Shown: positions 1 to 8,513, numbered from the stretch's first letter. The stretch: 20,611 nt of DNA from Cyanobacteria bacterium J06626_4 (GCA_038523235.1 JBCBJQ010000104.1:1-20611); one strand, 5' to 3'. Notes: generated by a model from the sequence alone, not told the origin. Made by a program: numbers and translations.

Positions 1-2
1 GT

Positions 3-1091
3 GGCGGCGGTCAGTTTGATGTGTTGACCATTGGCTCTTACGAAACACCGATTTGGGCACGGCGGGGCTGGCTGCGATCGCTCGATCAGCTGCCAGCAGA
101 CTACGTCGTGGATGATCTGATTGCCCCGATCCGCGACGGGCTGTCCTACGACGGCTCGCTCTATGCGGTGCCCTTCTACGGCGAAAGCTCAATGCTCTAC
201 TACCGCACTGACCTATTTGAGCAGGCCGGTATTACGGTATCGGCGACGCCCACCTATGCTCAGGTCGGCGAATGGGCCAAGCGGGTGCATGACCCTGACA
301 ACGGCGTCTACGGCATGTGTCTGCGAGGCAAACCGGGCTGGGGAGAGAACATGGCCTTTCTCACCACCCTGGCCAACACCTTTGGCGGTCGCTGGTTTGA
401 CATGGACTGGCAGCCTACCCTAGATACCCCCGAGTGGCACAACGCCATCAATTTCTATGTGGATGTGATGAGTCAGTACGGGCCGCCCGGAGCCAGCTCC
501 AACGGCTTTAACGAAAACCTGGCGCTGTTCTCCACCGGCAAATGCGGCATGTGGATCGATGCCACCGTCGCCGCCGGACTTTTGGCCAATCCAGAAGAAT
601 CGCAAGTTGCCGATCGCCTTGGCTTTGCCCCCGCCCCGATCGACACCTACCCCAATGGCTCGAACTGGTTGTGGGCTTGGGCTTTGGCAGTGCCAGAAAC
701 CTCGCAATCGCCAGAAGCCGCTGAACGCTTTGTGGCTTGGGCCACCTCGCAAGAATACATCCAGCTCGTGGCGGATCAGTATGGCTGGCTGGCCGTGCCG
801 CCTGGTACTCGCACCTCGACCTATACCAACCCGGAGTATCAGCAGGCTGCCCCCTTTGCCAGCATCGTGCTGAACTCGATTGAGTCGGCCGATGTCACCA
901 ACCCCTCCCCCCAACCAACTCCCTACCAAGGGGTGCAGTACGTCGATATTCCTGAGTTTCAGGCCATCGGTACCCAGGTTGGACAACGCATGGCCGCCGC
1001 CCTCGCCGACCCGACTTCCGTTGATCAGGCGATCGCCCAGTCCCAAACTGTGGCCGAACGGTTCATGCGGCACACCGGCTATATCGACTAA
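3..1091 (+). CDS. smoE: Sorbitol/mannitol ABC transporter substrate-binding protein (5' end lies outside the window)
   Basis: The frame is open from position 3 (GGGQFDVLTIGSYETPIW). Motifs CLRGKPGWGENMA, GPPGASSNGFNENLALF, CGMWIDATVAA, WLWAWALA and GVQYVDIPEFQAIGT are typical of SmoE/MtlE polyol-binding proteins. Two permeases, an ATPase and a mannitol dehydrogenase follow. Confidence 0.93.
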   Translation, partial: GGGQFDVLTIGSYETPIWARRGWLRSLDQLPADYVVDDLIAPIRDGLSYDGSLYAVPFYGESSMLYYRTDLFEQAGITVSATPTYAQVGEWAKRVHDPDNGVYGMCLRGKPGWGENMAFLTTLANTFGGRWFDMDWQPTLDTPEWHNAINFYVDVMSQYGPPGASSNGFNENLALFSTGKCGMWIDATVAAGLLANPEESQVADRLGFAPAPIDTYPNGSNWLWAWALAVPETSQSPEAAERFVAWATSQEYIQLVADQYGWLAVPPGTRTSTYTNPEYQQAAPFASIVLNSIESADVTNPSPQPTPYQGVQYVDIPEFQAIGTQVGQRMAAALADPTSVDQAIAQSQTVAERFMRHTGYID

Positions 1092-1209
1092 GGGCAAGGC
1101 ATTCGGTTTCGAAAGTTGCCTTTGAGTTTGTCAGTATCTTGTCCGCCTGCCCTGCCCCTACGACCCTGTTCCCTAACCCCTCTCCTGCCCATCCACCCGC
1201 TTCCCCACC

Positions 1210-2127
1210 ATGACTTCCTCTGTTGCCACCCCTTCCCATTCCCCGCCGCCCGCTCAGGCGCGATCGCGCCAAAAAGTCCCAGCGCTGGCGCTGGTGGCTC
1301 CTTCGGTCATTGCGCTCGTGCTCTGGATGGTGGTGCCGCTGGCGATGGCCATCTGGTTTGCCTTCCAGCGCTATAACCTGCTACTGCCGGAAAATCGCGA
1401 GTTCGCGGGCCTAGAGAACTTCACCTACATTCTCACCGACCCGGCCCTGTGGGTTTCCATTAGCATCACGCTGGTGCTGGTGGTGTCGGTGCTGGCGATT
1501 ACTATCGGCCTGGGCACCCTGCTGGCGGTGTTATTTAATCAGGAGTTTTTCGGTCGGGGCATTGCTCGCGTGCTGGCGATTTCGCCATTCTTTGTGATGC
1601 CGACGGTCAGCGCCCTGATTTGGAAAAACATGTTGATGCACCCGGTGAATGGGCTCTTTGCTCAAATCACGCGGGGGTTAGGGCTGGGGGCGATCGACTG
1701 GTTTGCCGACTTTCCCCTACTGGCCATCATCATCATTGTGTCGTGGCAGTGGTTACCCTTTGCCCTGCTGATTTTGTTGACGGCGATTCAGTCTTTAGAT
1801 ACTGACCAGATGGAAGCGGCCCGCATGGACGGCGCGAAACCGTTAGCACTGTTTCGATTCATTGTGCTGCCTCATATGAATCGAGCGATCGCGGTGGTGG
1901 CCATGATCGAAACGATTTTCTTCCTCACCCTGTTTTCCGAAATCTTCGTCACTACTGGGGGCGGTCCTGGCATCGCGACTACCAACCTGGCTTACTACAT
2001 CTATCTCAAAGCGCTCCTGGAATTCGACGTGGGCGGAGCCTCGGCAGGCGGCTTGATTGCTGTTGTGCTGGCTAACCTCGTGGCGATTTTCTTGATGCGC
2101 AGTGTTGCTCGTAATTTGGATACCTGA
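1210..2127 (+). CDS. smoF: Polyol ABC transporter permease (SmoF/MtlF type)
   Basis: About six hydrophobic segments, EAA loop (EAARMDGA), and PFFVMPTVSALIWKNM and TTGGGPG motifs. Second gene of the operon. Confidence 0.92.
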   Translation: MTSSVATPSHSPPPAQARSRQKVPALALVAPSVIALVLWMVVPLAMAIWFAFQRYNLLLPENREFAGLENFTYILTDPALWVSISITLVLVVSVLAITIGLGTLLAVLFNQEFFGRGIARVLAISPFFVMPTVSALIWKNMLMHPVNGLFAQITRGLGLGAIDWFADFPLLAIIIIVSWQWLPFALLILLTAIQSLDTDQMEAARMDGAKPLALFRFIVLPHMNRAIAVVAMIETIFFLTLFSEIFVTTGGGPGIATTNLAYYIYLKALLEFDVGGASAGGLIAVVLANLVAIFLMRSVARNLDT

Positions 2128-2128
2128 T

Positions 2129-2950
2129 ATGGCTTCCCCAACCTCTCGCCAATGGCTGATCACCCTGCTGGGCTGGCTGGTGGCCTGCCTGCTGTTCTTC
2201 CCGATTTTTTGGATGTTGATCACCAGCTTCAAAACGGAAGTCGCTGCCGTGGCCACGCCGCCGCAACTCTTCTTTCAACCCACGTTAGAAAATTACATCG
2301 ACGTCCAGGCGCGGGCCTCTTACTTTAACTTTGCCTGGAATAGCGTCGTGATTTCTTTGGGAGCAACGATTTTGGCGCTGCTGCTGGCGATTCCCGCCGC
2401 CTACGCCATGTCGTTCTTTCCCACCAAACGCACCAAAGGCACTCTGCTGTGGATGCTCTCCACCAAGATGCTGCCCGCTGTGGGGGTACTGGTGCCGATT
2501 TACATCTTGGGAAGAGAGACCGGACTGTTGGACACCCGCATTGGCCTGATCATCATTTACACGCTGATTAATCTCCCCATTGTGGTGTGGATGATTTACA
2601 GCTTTTTCAAAGAGGTGCCGAAGGAGATTCTGGAAGCCGATCGCATGGACGGCGCTTCGACCTATCAAGAAGTGGTGCATGTATTGTTGCCGCTGGCCCT
2701 GCCGGGGATTGCCTCCACCGCCCTGCTCTCAATCATTTTGTCTTGGAATGAGGCCTTCTGGAGTCTGAATTTGACAACGTTTGATGCCGCGCCCTTGACC
2801 GCCTTTATTGCGTCATTTTCCAGTCCGCAGGGACTGTTCTGGGCCAAACTGTCGGCCGCATCGAGCATGGCGATCGCCCCCATTCTGATCTTTGGCTGGA
2901 TCAGCCAGCGGCAACTGGTCAGGGGCCTCACGTTTGGCGCTGTGAAATAG
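2129..2950 (+). CDS. smoG: Polyol ABC transporter permease (SmoG/MtlG type)
   Basis: The ATG at 2129, 1 nt after the smoF stop, is preferred to the GTG at 2102. Motifs LLWMLSTKMLPAVG, EADRMDGA and GLFWAKLSAAS; C-terminus LVRGLTFGAVK. Confidence 0.92.
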   Translation: MASPTSRQWLITLLGWLVACLLFFPIFWMLITSFKTEVAAVATPPQLFFQPTLENYIDVQARASYFNFAWNSVVISLGATILALLLAIPAAYAMSFFPTKRTKGTLLWMLSTKMLPAVGVLVPIYILGRETGLLDTRIGLIIIYTLINLPIVVWMIYSFFKEVPKEILEADRMDGASTYQEVVHVLLPLALPGIASTALLSIILSWNEAFWSLNLTTFDAAPLTAFIASFSSPQGLFWAKLSAASSMAIAPILIFGWISQRQLVRGLTFGAVK

Positions 2951-2991
2951 ACCTCATCCAGATTCACAAGTGGAGTTTTGGCATCTGGCCC

Positions 2992-3082
2992 AACCTCACC
3001 GCCTCGGCACCTCTCCTTAACTAAGGCGAGGTTTAAGAAGACTCTGGTTCCTCTCCTTACTAAGGAGAGGTTGGGTGAGGTT
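2992..3082. repeat. Branched inverted-repeat element (cyanobacterial REP/small dispersed repeat or MITE-like)
   Basis: An outer inverted repeat, AACCTCACC (2992-3000)/GGTGAGGTT (3074-3082), encloses two near-identical palindromes: ACCTCTCCTTA-AC-TAAGGCGAGGT (3009-3032, one mismatch) and CCTCTCCTTA-C-TAAGGAGAGG (3050-3070, perfect). Confidence 0.8.
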
Positions 3083-3150
3083 TTCCCAATTAGACATAAC
3101 TTCAGTTCTCATTTGATCGCTGTTTGAATCCCTTTACGAGTGAATGACCC

Positions 3151-4332
3151 ATGGCAACCGTCACCCTCAGAGACATCCATAAAACCTATGTCGAACACGA
3201 AGTGATCAAGGGCGTTGATCTCGACATCAACGACCAGGAATTCGTGGTTTTTGTCGGCCCGTCGGGCTGCGGCAAATCGACCCTGCTGCGCATGATTGCG
3301 GGGCTAGAAGACATTACCGCTGGCGAGCTGCTGGTGGATGGTGAACGCATGAACGAAGTGTCCCCCGATAAGCGAGGACTGGCTATGGTATTCCAGACCT
3401 ATGCCCTCTATCCCCATATGACCGTGGCCGAAAACATGGCCTTCAGTCTGCGTTTGGCCGGGGTGTCTAAAGCCCAGCGTTATGAGCGCGCCAAGGAAGT
3501 CGGCAAAATTCTGCAACTGGAGCCCCTGCTCGATCGCAAACCCAAGGCCCTTTCGGGTGGCCAGCGGCAGCGGGTGGCGATCGGTCGGGCGCTGGTGCGC
3601 AACCCTAAGGTCTTTTTGTTTGATGAGCCGCTGTCTAACCTGGACGCGGCCCTGCGGGTGAAGATGCGGCTAGAGCTAGCGGGGCTCCACGAAAGTCTCC
3701 AGTCCACGATGATTTACGTCACCCATGACCAGGTGGAGGCGATGACCCTGGCGGACAAAATTGTGGTGTTGCAGGGCGGCGTGGTGGAGCAAGTCGGCTC
3801 CCCCCTAGAGCTGTATCACCATCCCCGCAATCTGTTTGTGGCGGGCTTCATTGGCTCACCGAAGATGAATTTTCTGCCAGTGACGACGACCGGCGTGCAA
3901 GATTCGGCTACGGCGGTGCGCCTACCGGGGGAGGCGACGGTCACCGTTCCCGTACAGCCGAAGACGCTGAAGGTCGGCGATCGCGCCACCCTGGGCATTC
4001 GGCCCGAACATTTGCGGATTGACGCTGATAATCCCACCCTGATGGGTGAAGTGCTGGTCGTGGAACGGTTGGGGGGTGCCACCTACCTCTACGTCAAAAT
4101 TGCTGGGGGCGATACTTTCATCGTGCAAGCCGATGGCGACAGCCGCGCCAAGGTGCACGATCACGTCCCGATCCACATCGATGGCACTCTCTGTCACCTA
4201 TTTGATAGCGTCGGTCTCGTCATTCCCAAAGCTGAGCGCCATCGCCTGACTCTAGAACACCCTTCTGCCCCCCTTGAGCGATTTAATGAGCAACCTGACG
4301 CCGTCCAGCAGCAACGTCCCCACGACCTCTAG
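3151..4332 (+). CDS. smoK: Sugar/polyol ABC transporter ATP-binding subunit (MalK family)
   Basis: Walker A GPSGCGKS, signature LSGGQRQRVA, Walker B FLFDEPLSNLD, H-loop YVTHDQ, FVAGFIGSPKMN and GIRPEH, followed by a TOBE domain. Confidence 0.95.
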   Translation: MATVTLRDIHKTYVEHEVIKGVDLDINDQEFVVFVGPSGCGKSTLLRMIAGLEDITAGELLVDGERMNEVSPDKRGLAMVFQTYALYPHMTVAENMAFSLRLAGVSKAQRYERAKEVGKILQLEPLLDRKPKALSGGQRQRVAIGRALVRNPKVFLFDEPLSNLDAALRVKMRLELAGLHESLQSTMIYVTHDQVEAMTLADKIVVLQGGVVEQVGSPLELYHHPRNLFVAGFIGSPKMNFLPVTTTGVQDSATAVRLPGEATVTVPVQPKTLKVGDRATLGIRPEHLRIDADNPTLMGEVLVVERLGGATYLYVKIAGGDTFIVQADGDSRAKVHDHVPIHIDGTLCHLFDSVGLVIPKAERHRLTLEHPSAPLERFNEQPDAVQQQRPHDL

Positions 4333-5800
4333 CATCCCGTTAAATGAGCGATCGCTCAGTCAGCTAACAGCCCAGGTACGGTTGCCCCAGTACGATCGCC
4401 GCGCCGTCACCCCTGGCATTGTTCACATTGGCGTCGGGGGCTTTCATCGGGCGCATCAGGCGCTTTACCTAGACAACTACCTGGAGCAGCATCCCGGTAG
4501 CAACTGGGGCATCTGCGGTGTTGGCCTGTTGGAATTTGACCAGAAAATGCGTGACGTGTTGGCTGATCAGGACTGTTTGTATACGCTGGTGGAGCGTTCT
4601 CCTGACGGTGACACGGCTCGGGTGATTGGCTCCATCACTCAGTATCTGTATGCTCCCGAAGATCGCCAAGCCGTCATCGCCACGCTGGCAGACCCAAACT
4701 GTCGCATCGTCACGCTCACCATCACAGAAGGTGGCTACTACGTCATTGAGGGCAGCGGCGAATTTGACACCCATCATCCGACGATTCAGCACGATCTCCA
4801 GAATCCTGACGCCCCCTACGGGGTCTACGGCTTTCTGACGGCGGCGCTGGAGCGACGGCGAAAACAGGGCATTGCCCCCTTTACCGTGCTCTCCTGCGAC
4901 AACATTCAAAGCAACGGTACGATCGCTCGCAAAATGCTAACAACCTTTGCCCGCCTGCAAAATCCTGACCTGGGAGATTGGATCGCCGAGCACGTTACCT
5001 TTCCTAACTGCATGGTCGATCGGATTACCCCCGCCACTACCCCCCGCGATCGGCAAATGGTGACCGATCAGTTTGGCCTCGAAGATGGCTGGCCCGTGGT
5101 CGCCGAACCTTTTTTGCAATGGGTGGTAGAAGATCACTTTTGCAATGGCCGCCCCAATTGGGAATCCGTCGGCGTGCAAATGACTGATGATGTGCATCCC
5201 TACGAAATCATGAAGCTGCGACTGCTAAACACCAGCCACCTGCTCATTGGCTATCTGGGATCGCTCAAAGGTTATACCTACATCCATGAGGCAATCGCCG
5301 ACGACCAGATTCGCCAGGCAGTGGAGCGGCTAATGGATGAAGTCACCTCAACCCTAAAACCTGTTCCTGGCATTGACGTAAGCCAGTACAAGCAAACCCT
5401 GATCGTGCGGTTTTCGAACCCCAAAATTTGTGATCAGCTGTCTCGCCTCTGCCTCAACAGTTCCGCCAAGCTGCCCAAGTGGATGCTCGGTGCCTTGCAG
5501 GATCAGCTCAGTCAGAACGGTGCGATCGCCTACTTGAGTTTCACTGTCGCGGCTTGGTTCCGTTACCTCAACGGCCAGGATGATCAGGGTCATGGGCTGC
5601 CCTTAGACGACCCCATCGCTAATCTGCTGACAGAGCGGGCGCAACTCGGCAAGGCCGATCCAACCCCGTTGCTGGCGCTGACGGAGATTTTTGGCACTTT
5701 GCCTCAGTCACCGCGCTTTGTTGAGTCGGTCACCGCGCACCTTCACCAACTCTATGAAGTGGGCACCCAATCTACCCTAGCCAACCTTCTACAACCCTAG
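4286..5800 (+). CDS. mtlK: Mannitol 2-dehydrogenase (polyol-specific long-chain dehydrogenase family; mtlK in Rhodobacter, mtlD in Pseudomonas nomenclature)
   Basis: Rossmann motif IVHIGVGGFHRAHQA, plus TITEGGY, SCDN, FPNCMVDRITP and the catalytic KLRLLN motif. ATG 4286 is preferred to TTG 4274. The polyol transporter context favours mannitol/arabitol dehydrogenase over fructuronate reductase. Confidence 0.9.
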   Translation: MSNLTPSSSNVPTTSSIPLNERSLSQLTAQVRLPQYDRRAVTPGIVHIGVGGFHRAHQALYLDNYLEQHPGSNWGICGVGLLEFDQKMRDVLADQDCLYTLVERSPDGDTARVIGSITQYLYAPEDRQAVIATLADPNCRIVTLTITEGGYYVIEGSGEFDTHHPTIQHDLQNPDAPYGVYGFLTAALERRRKQGIAPFTVLSCDNIQSNGTIARKMLTTFARLQNPDLGDWIAEHVTFPNCMVDRITPATTPRDRQMVTDQFGLEDGWPVVAEPFLQWVVEDHFCNGRPNWESVGVQMTDDVHPYEIMKLRLLNTSHLLIGYLGSLKGYTYIHEAIADDQIRQAVERLMDEVTSTLKPVPGIDVSQYKQTLIVRFSNPKICDQLSRLCLNSSAKLPKWMLGALQDQLSQNGAIAYLSFTVAAWFRYLNGQDDQGHGLPLDDPIANLLTERAQLGKADPTPLLALTEIFGTLPQSPRFVESVTAHLHQLYEVGTQSTLANLLQP

Positions 5801-6091
5801 TTCTCCGTCGCAAAAGTCGTGAGACTCCTACCGATTCTGCTCTCGCTTGCTCCCCCGTCCCCTTGCTGGTCACGGATGGGATGCAAACTTATGCCGGGTT
5901 GCCAGTTGTACATTCAAGCACTCTAAACCAACTCAGAAACTGGACTGACTTATTCCTTGATGAAGAAAACTCCCTTAAACCGCTGGCAAGAGTCTTACTA
6001 ACCGCTGTTCTCAAATTTCAGGAGATGGATGGTGCTGATGCCATCCTCAGATTGTTGAGATCAGGAATCATTCTCTAGCAGCAGAATAACA

Positions 6092-6105
6092 GTATCCTAT
6101 GTTAC
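6092..6105. promoter_or_regulatory. Putative NtcA binding site (GTA-N8-TAC)
   Basis: The intergenic sequence aGTATCCTATGTTACa matches GTA-N8-TAC, with GTAnC...GTTAC inner bases. There is no TAN3T box 22 nt downstream on either strand, so it is not a canonical activated promoter. Confidence 0.45.
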
Positions 6106-6153
6106 ATATCGTATCCATGAGACGACCTGCTTTTAGGGAGTGTGAAGCTTCCG

Positions 6154-6187
6154 CAAATACCGAGGGGCGATCGCCCCTCGGTATTTG
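6154..6187. terminator. Perfect 34-bp palindrome centred on HIP1; possible bidirectional terminator
   Basis: CAAATACCGAGGGGCGA|TCGCCCCTCGGTATTTG is exactly self-complementary, with a GC-rich stem and AT-rich ends. The palindrome is certain; the terminator role is inferred. Confidence 0.55.
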
Positions 6188-6507
6188 ACCTAGTCACTGC
6201 CCAAGCGTTCTCGAAAATCCGACCTCTGTCAGCGCTCACCGGTGATGTCTCTCGATCAAAACAGTAATCCAGGCTCCAGCGACCACACAAAGAATTGATG
6301 AAACCCCAGTCTTTCTACGGATCTATCCCAGCAATTCTGAATAGCCTAAAGACAGCCAATAGTTGACTGCGGGATTTCCCGGCCCCTAAGACTTCTTGTT
6401 AGGAGCGTGAGCAGTCCTCAGTTCACGAATCAAGCACGGCAGCAGGGCGAAACATCACCACCACTTTGTCTGTCTTGGAAATAAGCTGCTTTTGAGAACC
6501 GATTGCC

Positions 6508-7095
6508 ATGCGAGTACTGTCTACACCCCCTAAACCTGTACTTTCGACCGCCAAAGCCCCCATCGTTCAGAAAACAAGACCCAAACCGCCGACGTCACCA
6601 ACCTTGACTCTGACGATTGCTTGCGACCTAACTTTCTTGCTGATGACCGCTGGTGCTGGGTTGTTGATGTATACCCTAGTCGTTGGCGTTTGGCCGACGA
6701 CTCAAAACTCCTTAGAAAAAGAAATGGTGGAATGGATGCCCTTTTGGGCGCTGACCAGCACCGCCATCTGGTTTTTGCTGACCGATGGCCTGCGCCACTG
6801 GCGAGCCCGCCGCCCATTGCCTTTTGATTTGGCACCTGAGGCAGCGCAGGAACTGTATTGGCAGCGATTTGAACTGTTGGTTTGGGCGCTCTCCTCCCAC
6901 CTCGTGTTGTTGTGTCTTTGCTTACTGATGCCCAATCAACCGCTCATCTCTAAGCTGTTTCTCTCTAGTATTGTGGCGCTAGTAACTCTAGCGGCCCGCA
7001 AAAGCGTGCGTTCCCGCAAAAACGCCTTCGCCGCCTCAATGAGCATCTTTTCCATGGTCATGCTGATGATTAGCATAGCGGGAGTGCTGGGCTGA
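6508..7095 (+). CDS. Hypothetical integral membrane protein (about 5 TM segments)
   Basis: 195-aa ATG-started ORF with a Pro/Lys-rich N-terminus followed by alternating hydrophobic helices. No family recognised. Confidence 0.7.
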   Translation: MRVLSTPPKPVLSTAKAPIVQKTRPKPPTSPTLTLTIACDLTFLLMTAGAGLLMYTLVVGVWPTTQNSLEKEMVEWMPFWALTSTAIWFLLTDGLRHWRARRPLPFDLAPEAAQELYWQRFELLVWALSSHLVLLCLCLLMPNQPLISKLFLSSIVALVTLAARKSVRSRKNAFAASMSIFSMVMLMISIAGVLG

Positions 7096-7464
7096 TTAGA
7101 CCAGTCATCCACCAAAATGTTGAGGAGCGATCGCGGCGCTGGAGATAGCGAAGACTGCTTGACAGAGGTCTCCCCCTCTTGGGCAGCCCCCCTCTTGACA
7201 GCTATTGCACTTGACGATGAGTGCCGGATTCGCTCCGGGCATGGCCTCGAGAATTCTGCACTCCCAAGGCATCTTGCCCTGAGTGCCTTTAACCAAGAAA
7301 CCGCAGCGAAACTTGGCCTGAAGAACAAGCGCCTGCGAGCCGGGTGGGATGATGATTCCCTACTCAAGGTTTTGGTTGGATAAGATGCGTTTGCCTTGCC
7401 CCTAGGCTACCCGGCATTGACAACATGGCATCGGGAGTGGGAGGCCGGGCGTTGAGAAGTGGGC

Positions 7465-8094
7465 TTAGGTCAGCTCACGCTCTAGCAGCACCCCATTGAG
7501 AAAGATATCGGCCAAACCCTCGGCCAAATCTTGCAAGTTCTTCGGTGACGCGCTTGCTTCGCCGAGTGTGTCTTGGCTTACTCCAGCGATCGCAAACATA
7601 CCTAAAAAGATCCGCGCCAACACCCGCGGATTCATCGGTCGATAAACCCCCCGATCCATCGCTGTCTGGAAAAACGCCTCAGTGACGTCAATCATCTTCG
7701 TAATCACTTCGCCCTGCACCTGCTCACGCAGCTCAGGATGAAACTGCGCTTCCATAAAACAGACGCGCATGAGATCCGCATGGTGGGGCAAATCGCCCAG
7801 ACGTCGATGCATCACCTGGCCAATCGCTTTATAGTTGGCCATCTCGCTGAGTTCGGTGAGCAGCTCAGTGAGCAACTCGATCCAACCATCGGTGGCGACC
7901 TTAACCAAAATTGCTTTTTTGCTGTCAAAGTGACGAAACAGCGTGCCCTCAGCGACCCCTGCCGCTTGAGCTAAATCACGGGTGGTTGTACCGCCATAAC
8001 CGCGCCGCGCAAAGAGTCGCTGGGCAGCCGTCAAGATCTTGGCCTCGGTTTCATTTTCGTGAGTAGTCGAGGGGGTTTTGTAATAGGCGACCAT
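7465..8094 (-). CDS. TetR/AcrR family transcriptional regulator (conserved cyanobacterial type)
   Basis: HTH region ILTAAQRLFARRGYGGTTTRDLAQAAGVAEGTLFRHF; C-terminal RVCFMEAQFHPELR and LAEGLADIFLNGVL. The start is ATG 8094 or 8118. Confidence 0.93.
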   Translation of the reverse strand: MVAYYKTPSTTHENETEAKILTAAQRLFARRGYGGTTTRDLAQAAGVAEGTLFRHFDSKKAILVKVATDGWIELLTELLTELSEMANYKAIGQVMHRRLGDLPHHADLMRVCFMEAQFHPELREQVQGEVITKMIDVTEAFFQTAMDRGVYRPMNPRVLARIFLGMFAIAGVSQDTLGEASASPKNLQDLAEGLADIFLNGVLLERELT

Positions 8095-8476
8095 AGCAGC
8101 GTTCCAGAACAGGATCATTGGGAGTCATCCCCGCTAGGTCATTTTGCAGTGATTAAAAGGTGATCGCGTTTCTGCGTACATATAACCTCACACTCAGCGA
8201 CAAAAGTCATTCAAACGCCTGCCAACACAACAACTTCGATAGAAATATTTATCTACGGCTGTCGCCGCTGGATGGATTAGACAGACTCTCGCGAGCCGCT
8301 CTGAAGGGGGGGGATCGGTTCGACTCAGGCTTAAGGATTCATTGCGTAGTACTGCATAGATATAGTTGGTATTTATTTGAGATCGTGCTGTCCATACTCA
8401 AATTACATGGCAATCTGATTTTTTATTTATAGTAGAAAAAACGTTTTTTCGAGTTCTAGGAAATATCTTTTCACTT

Positions 8477-8513
8477 GTTTGGTTAGCCGTAAAACTAGAG
8501 CGGGAAACCGAAT
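8477..8513 (+). promoter_or_regulatory. Two K-box-like motifs upstream of the hspA remnant
   Basis: GTTTGG-TTAG-CCGTAA (8477-8492) and GAGCGG-GAAA-CCGAAT (8498-8513) resemble the K-box consensus GTTCGG-NNAN-CCNNAC. They are 21 bp apart in an AT-rich region before a heat-shock gene. Confidence 0.45.

Noticed and set aside
5863..6078. 71-aa ORF after the mannitol dehydrogenase
   Set aside because: No recognisable motif and no clear RBS; it cannot be supported as a gene without a homology search.
6131..6150. Minus-strand TTCACACTCCCT resembling the Yfr1 sRNA core
   Set aside because: It lacks the full ACTCCTCACAC motif and the two flanking hairpins in the right order.
6300..6370. CTACGGATCTA...GACAGCC reminiscent of a c-di-GMP-I riboswitch
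   Set aside because: The GGCAAA/GAAA tetraloop/GACGCAAA half is missing.
6936..7383. Overlapping ORFs of 63-143 aa between the membrane gene and TetR
   Set aside because: No family signal, mutually overlapping, and one runs antisense into the 6508-7095 gene.
8160..8432. 90-aa ORF in the TetR-hspA intergenic region
   Set aside because: GTG start in AT-rich promoter DNA with no protein-like motif.
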